A stretch of 64,000 nt of DNA from Utricularia gibba (Eukaryota > Plantae > Magnoliophyta): contig CM007989.1 in NCBI GenBank assembly GCA_002189035.1, positions 2,976,001-3,040,000 of the forward strand, given 5' to 3'. Of this stretch, positions 60,904 to 64,000 are shown piece by piece; the stretch's first letter is position 1, and every line of letters starts with the position of its first letter. The translations under genes and the position numbers were made by a program. Below the pieces are notes generated by a model. It was given only the letters and a program-made list of their open reading frames with translations, searched no databases and was not told where the DNA came from.

Positions 60904-62947
60904 ATGGAGCTCAACAGCAGCAGCAATGATCACCTTTCAAGGAGTGTTACTGAAAGGAAGAAGAATCCGCTTGTAAATGTGAAGATTGGCGGCGGTTTAG
61001 GAGCTGTTGTTTTGGTAGGTGGTGTTTTGGCGACCACCGCCTTGGCGTCGGCGCTTTTTTCGAGGCGTCGTCGGGGAAAGAAAAGCGATCAGGTTGAGAA
61101 TGAGGCGGTCTTTAGCGTCGTTCAGCCTTCTTTTAACACGACGAGGTATGCAAGTTGTTGTTTTCTTTTATTTTGAGTTTATGGGTTTCTGACTATGGAT
61201 TTAAATTTGTATTTTACAGGGAAGCAAACCCTGTAGATACCATCAATCAGATTAGTAGCTCACCAACGGTGATTTTGCATCGGAATTTCGTTTTTCTGTT
61301 GTTGACTTTTCTGAAAACATAGCGATGTTGATGTGTTGAGGGTATGGATCAGGGAAATGAGATCAGTGACGGAAAACTGGAGGGTGTTTCTCCTCAACCA
61401 AATGTCGAGTCTATCTGTGCCGTTGAAGGTGGTGATGTTGCAAACTCTTGTACTGGAAATACTGAGTCACATGAAGATTCCATGGAGGTAACCCCTGTAG
61501 TTCTACAGATTCCGTTGCAAATGTCTCTTATTAACTCTGCAAAACTGGGAGATGAACTTTTTTGCAGCAGGCGAGGGAAGTTTGTGCGTGTTTATGCAAA
61601 TGTGTGATTTGTTGAAAAGCTTAGTCCGGTCAAGGATTTTTTGCTTGTCCATTCTCTGGTGGTCTGTCTAATCATCAGTTTCGAAGATGCAACTAGTTGC
61701 TAACGTAAATTTAAATTCTTCAGGATGGAGCTCAGAGAACTGAAACTGGTGGAGATAACCGGAGCTATGCTTCCTCTCAGCCAAACGGTCAGGTCATCCA
61801 TGTTGCTGAAATGGCAGAGAATGCTTCTGGTGACAAAGATTACAAGCTGGTATAGTATTATGTTAACTAATACTCTCTTCCTGAGCAAAAATAAAAATAT
61901 AAACCGGTAATCTCTTTGCATTTTGAAATCATTTGCATAGGATCAGATAGATGGAATCGAAAGTAATGGAGGTGATACACTTGACGATGTTTCTGCTCAG
62001 CTGAATAAACAGTTGCTTTGTGATAAGATCAATGCTGCAAATGATGATTCTATCTGCTCCACTGAAACGACTGTCTCTCTTGAAGATCACATTTTGGTAG
62101 TTGTGGTTTTTTTTTTTTATCATGTTTAATTTAAGGCCTAGATCATGAGAATCTATATTTTCCCTTCAGAGTGAGGTACCACAAAATGAAAGAACCGCAG
62201 TTTTTACACCAGATCTCTCAGCTGAGCCAAAGGATATAATTTGCTACACTGAAAAGATACAGCCGCATGAAAATTCCATTCAGGTACTCCTATTGCTGTA
62301 TTGACCCTTCATGTTGTCTCTTCCATTACTGGCGCTGAAAGTGTGTCTCTTTAGGATGAGATCCCGGGGACTGAGGTCGAGTCAATTAGGCTAAAGCTCT
62401 CGCACCCATCACTCAATGTGGTCGAAAGCATTGGCGATGAATGCCACCTAGAGAACTTCCAGACATCCATACAGGTTCTTGAAAATAGCCACTGCTGTTG
62501 ATCAGGACACTCTGAAACCATGATGCTGTCGTTTCATAAGCAAATCCTCTTTCACTTTTGGTGTTGCTATCGAAAATCGGGTCGTCGAGAATCGCCTGTT
62601 TCTCTTTGCAGGATGAGATGCCATTGAGGGATGAAACGGGTCACAGTGTGGAAACCATTGATGATGCATCCGAAGAACGGAAGCAGGTTCTGCTAGAACT
62701 AGTAGGGAAATTGCGACAGGATAGGCTACTGAAGGATGATGGCGGTAAGCCAGGACCGGAGGACAAGGATGCAGCAATGAACAAGTATGCGATCATGGCG
62801 AATCAGGCGACGAGACGGAGGATGTTGATCGGAGCTGTGTCTGTTGCAACATCTCTGGCGATGTCCAACCTCACGGGATTGTCATTCGTCAAGCTTTGCC
62901 TCATCATGCTTCTCACCGGAGTTCTTTCAGAGATCCATGGGAGATGA
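60904..62947 (+). CDS. Unrecognised 425-aa protein: N-terminal TM, acidic exon-repeat linker, C-terminal hydrophobic segment (8 exons)
   Basis: Exons 60904-61145, 61220-61268, 61353-61487, 61724-61849, 61941-62096, 62170-62283, 62355-62474 and 62612-62947 are all GT-AG and join into one stop-free frame. Confidence 0.75.
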
Positions 62948-63603
62948 TGATGCTGAATAACTAGTAGGTATGGACCGGACCAGTGATCACCTTATGATAG
63001 AACCGAGTGTTTTGACCGGGGCAGGGATTTTCCGGTTCGGTTTGTCTGAAAATTAGGAATAAAACTAATTCAATTATAGAATAAGGAGGGTTTAAATAAT
63101 TTTGGAATTGTTTTTTTTATTGTCATGGATAAGAGTTTATGTAATATTATTAATCAAAGCATCATATAAAAAACGATATTTTGTATTAATATAATTTAAA
63201 TTCAAATGAATTGAATAATTTTTATTTCAATAAACACATATCAAATTGGTCCCAAATTAAATAAAAAGAATTTTTAATCTTCTATAATTAAAACACTTGC
63301 AACCTGAGCACAAAATACAGTAAAGAAATAATTATATGTTTTATGTATTATATGGTCTTTATTTACGAGAATTTATTATTCCTTTTTTTACTGCATTGAT
63401 AATTTAAAATATTGAATTTCTACAGCATGGGACTCCATGCAAAACGGCAGGGAGCCATTTGTCACCGAATCGGCGCAAAGTTTCGATTTTATACTAATCA
63501 ACCGCCATCTTTGATCTTTGCTTTTTCCTCCGCTGCATTGGATTCTCGTGAACGCATTTCAGTGTGCGAGTGTCTTTCAGTTTCCGACAGCAAGTACCTG
63601 AGA

Positions 63604-64000
63604 ATGGCTTCGCCGAAATTGATGAAGATTCCGAGTATGAGAGAAAGGGTAGAAGATACTCTTTCTGCTCATCGCAACGAACTCGTTTCCCTGCTTTCGA
63701 GGTACAACTCTAATGGGGTTTAAGATTTGGGCATCATTTCTCACCGGGTCTTGTGGATCAGCGGTTGTTCCTTTTTTTGAAGATATGTTGCTCAGGGGAA
63801 GAGCATTCTGCAACCCCATCACTTGATTGATGAATTGGATAACGTCGTCGGAGACAGCCCTTCTCCCATGCCGCTATGTGAAGGCCCTTTCAGTGAAGTT
63901 TTGAAGTCAGCACAGGTACGGACTGTTGCAGTAATTTATTCTTTCACAAACTGATCGGGCATCCAATCTCGTTTCTTGTACTGGGCGGCAGGAAGCGATT
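63604..64000 (+). CDS. SUS: Sucrose synthase, SUS II group (SUS2/3-like); 5' part only
   Basis: MASPKLMKIPSMRERVEDTLSAHRNELVSLLSR|YVAQGKSILQPHHLIDEL..GPFSEVLKSAQ|EAI. Confidence 0.95.

Noticed and set aside
62506-62523. Possible poison exon GACACTCTGAAACCATGA in the unrecognised gene
   Set aside because: The preceding intron would be only about 31 nt, too short for plant splicing.

Overview
This is nuclear DNA from a flowering plant (eudicot-like sequences), not a prokaryote, so the ORF track shows only exon fragments; I spliced the genes by hand. The window is extremely gene-dense: 21 intron-containing or single-exon protein-coding genes plus one pseudogene in 64 kb (about one locus per 2.9 kb), with short introns and no recognisable transposon. 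This suggests a miniaturised genome; Lentibulariaceae (Utricularia/Genlisea) is a guess, not a determination. Gene order: LCAT3(-), PP2C(-), IDI pseudogene(-), PH-domain(+), MET1(-), PRA1.H(-), small conserved ORF(+), LRR-RLK(+), TLC-domain(-), UBP5(-), TPR protein(+), SMR-domain(+), TRAPPC1(+), NDUFA5(-), PMT methyltransferase(-), SEUSS-like(-), BAG(+), RAR1(-), RH7(+), kinesin-14(+), an unrecognised double-membrane-anchored protein(+), SUS(+, partial). I found no rRNA, tRNA, CRISPR or convincing known miRNA, and no multi-gene novel pathway that the sequence supports. Best leads: (1) an unrecognised gene built from duplicated phase-0 exons between two membrane anchors (possible length-tunable tether); (2) a 3-nt microexon in RAR1; (3) a perfect 19-bp inverted repeat carrying two G-boxes in a divergent promoter; (4) three genes each missing exactly one G in a G-run (most likely assembly error); (5) a multiply disabled IDI pseudogene next to a PP2C that appears to have lost its ancestral start codon and acylation motif; (6) an AT-AC U12 intron and several GC-AG introns. 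Homologue comparisons are from memory of family consensus sequences, not from database searches.
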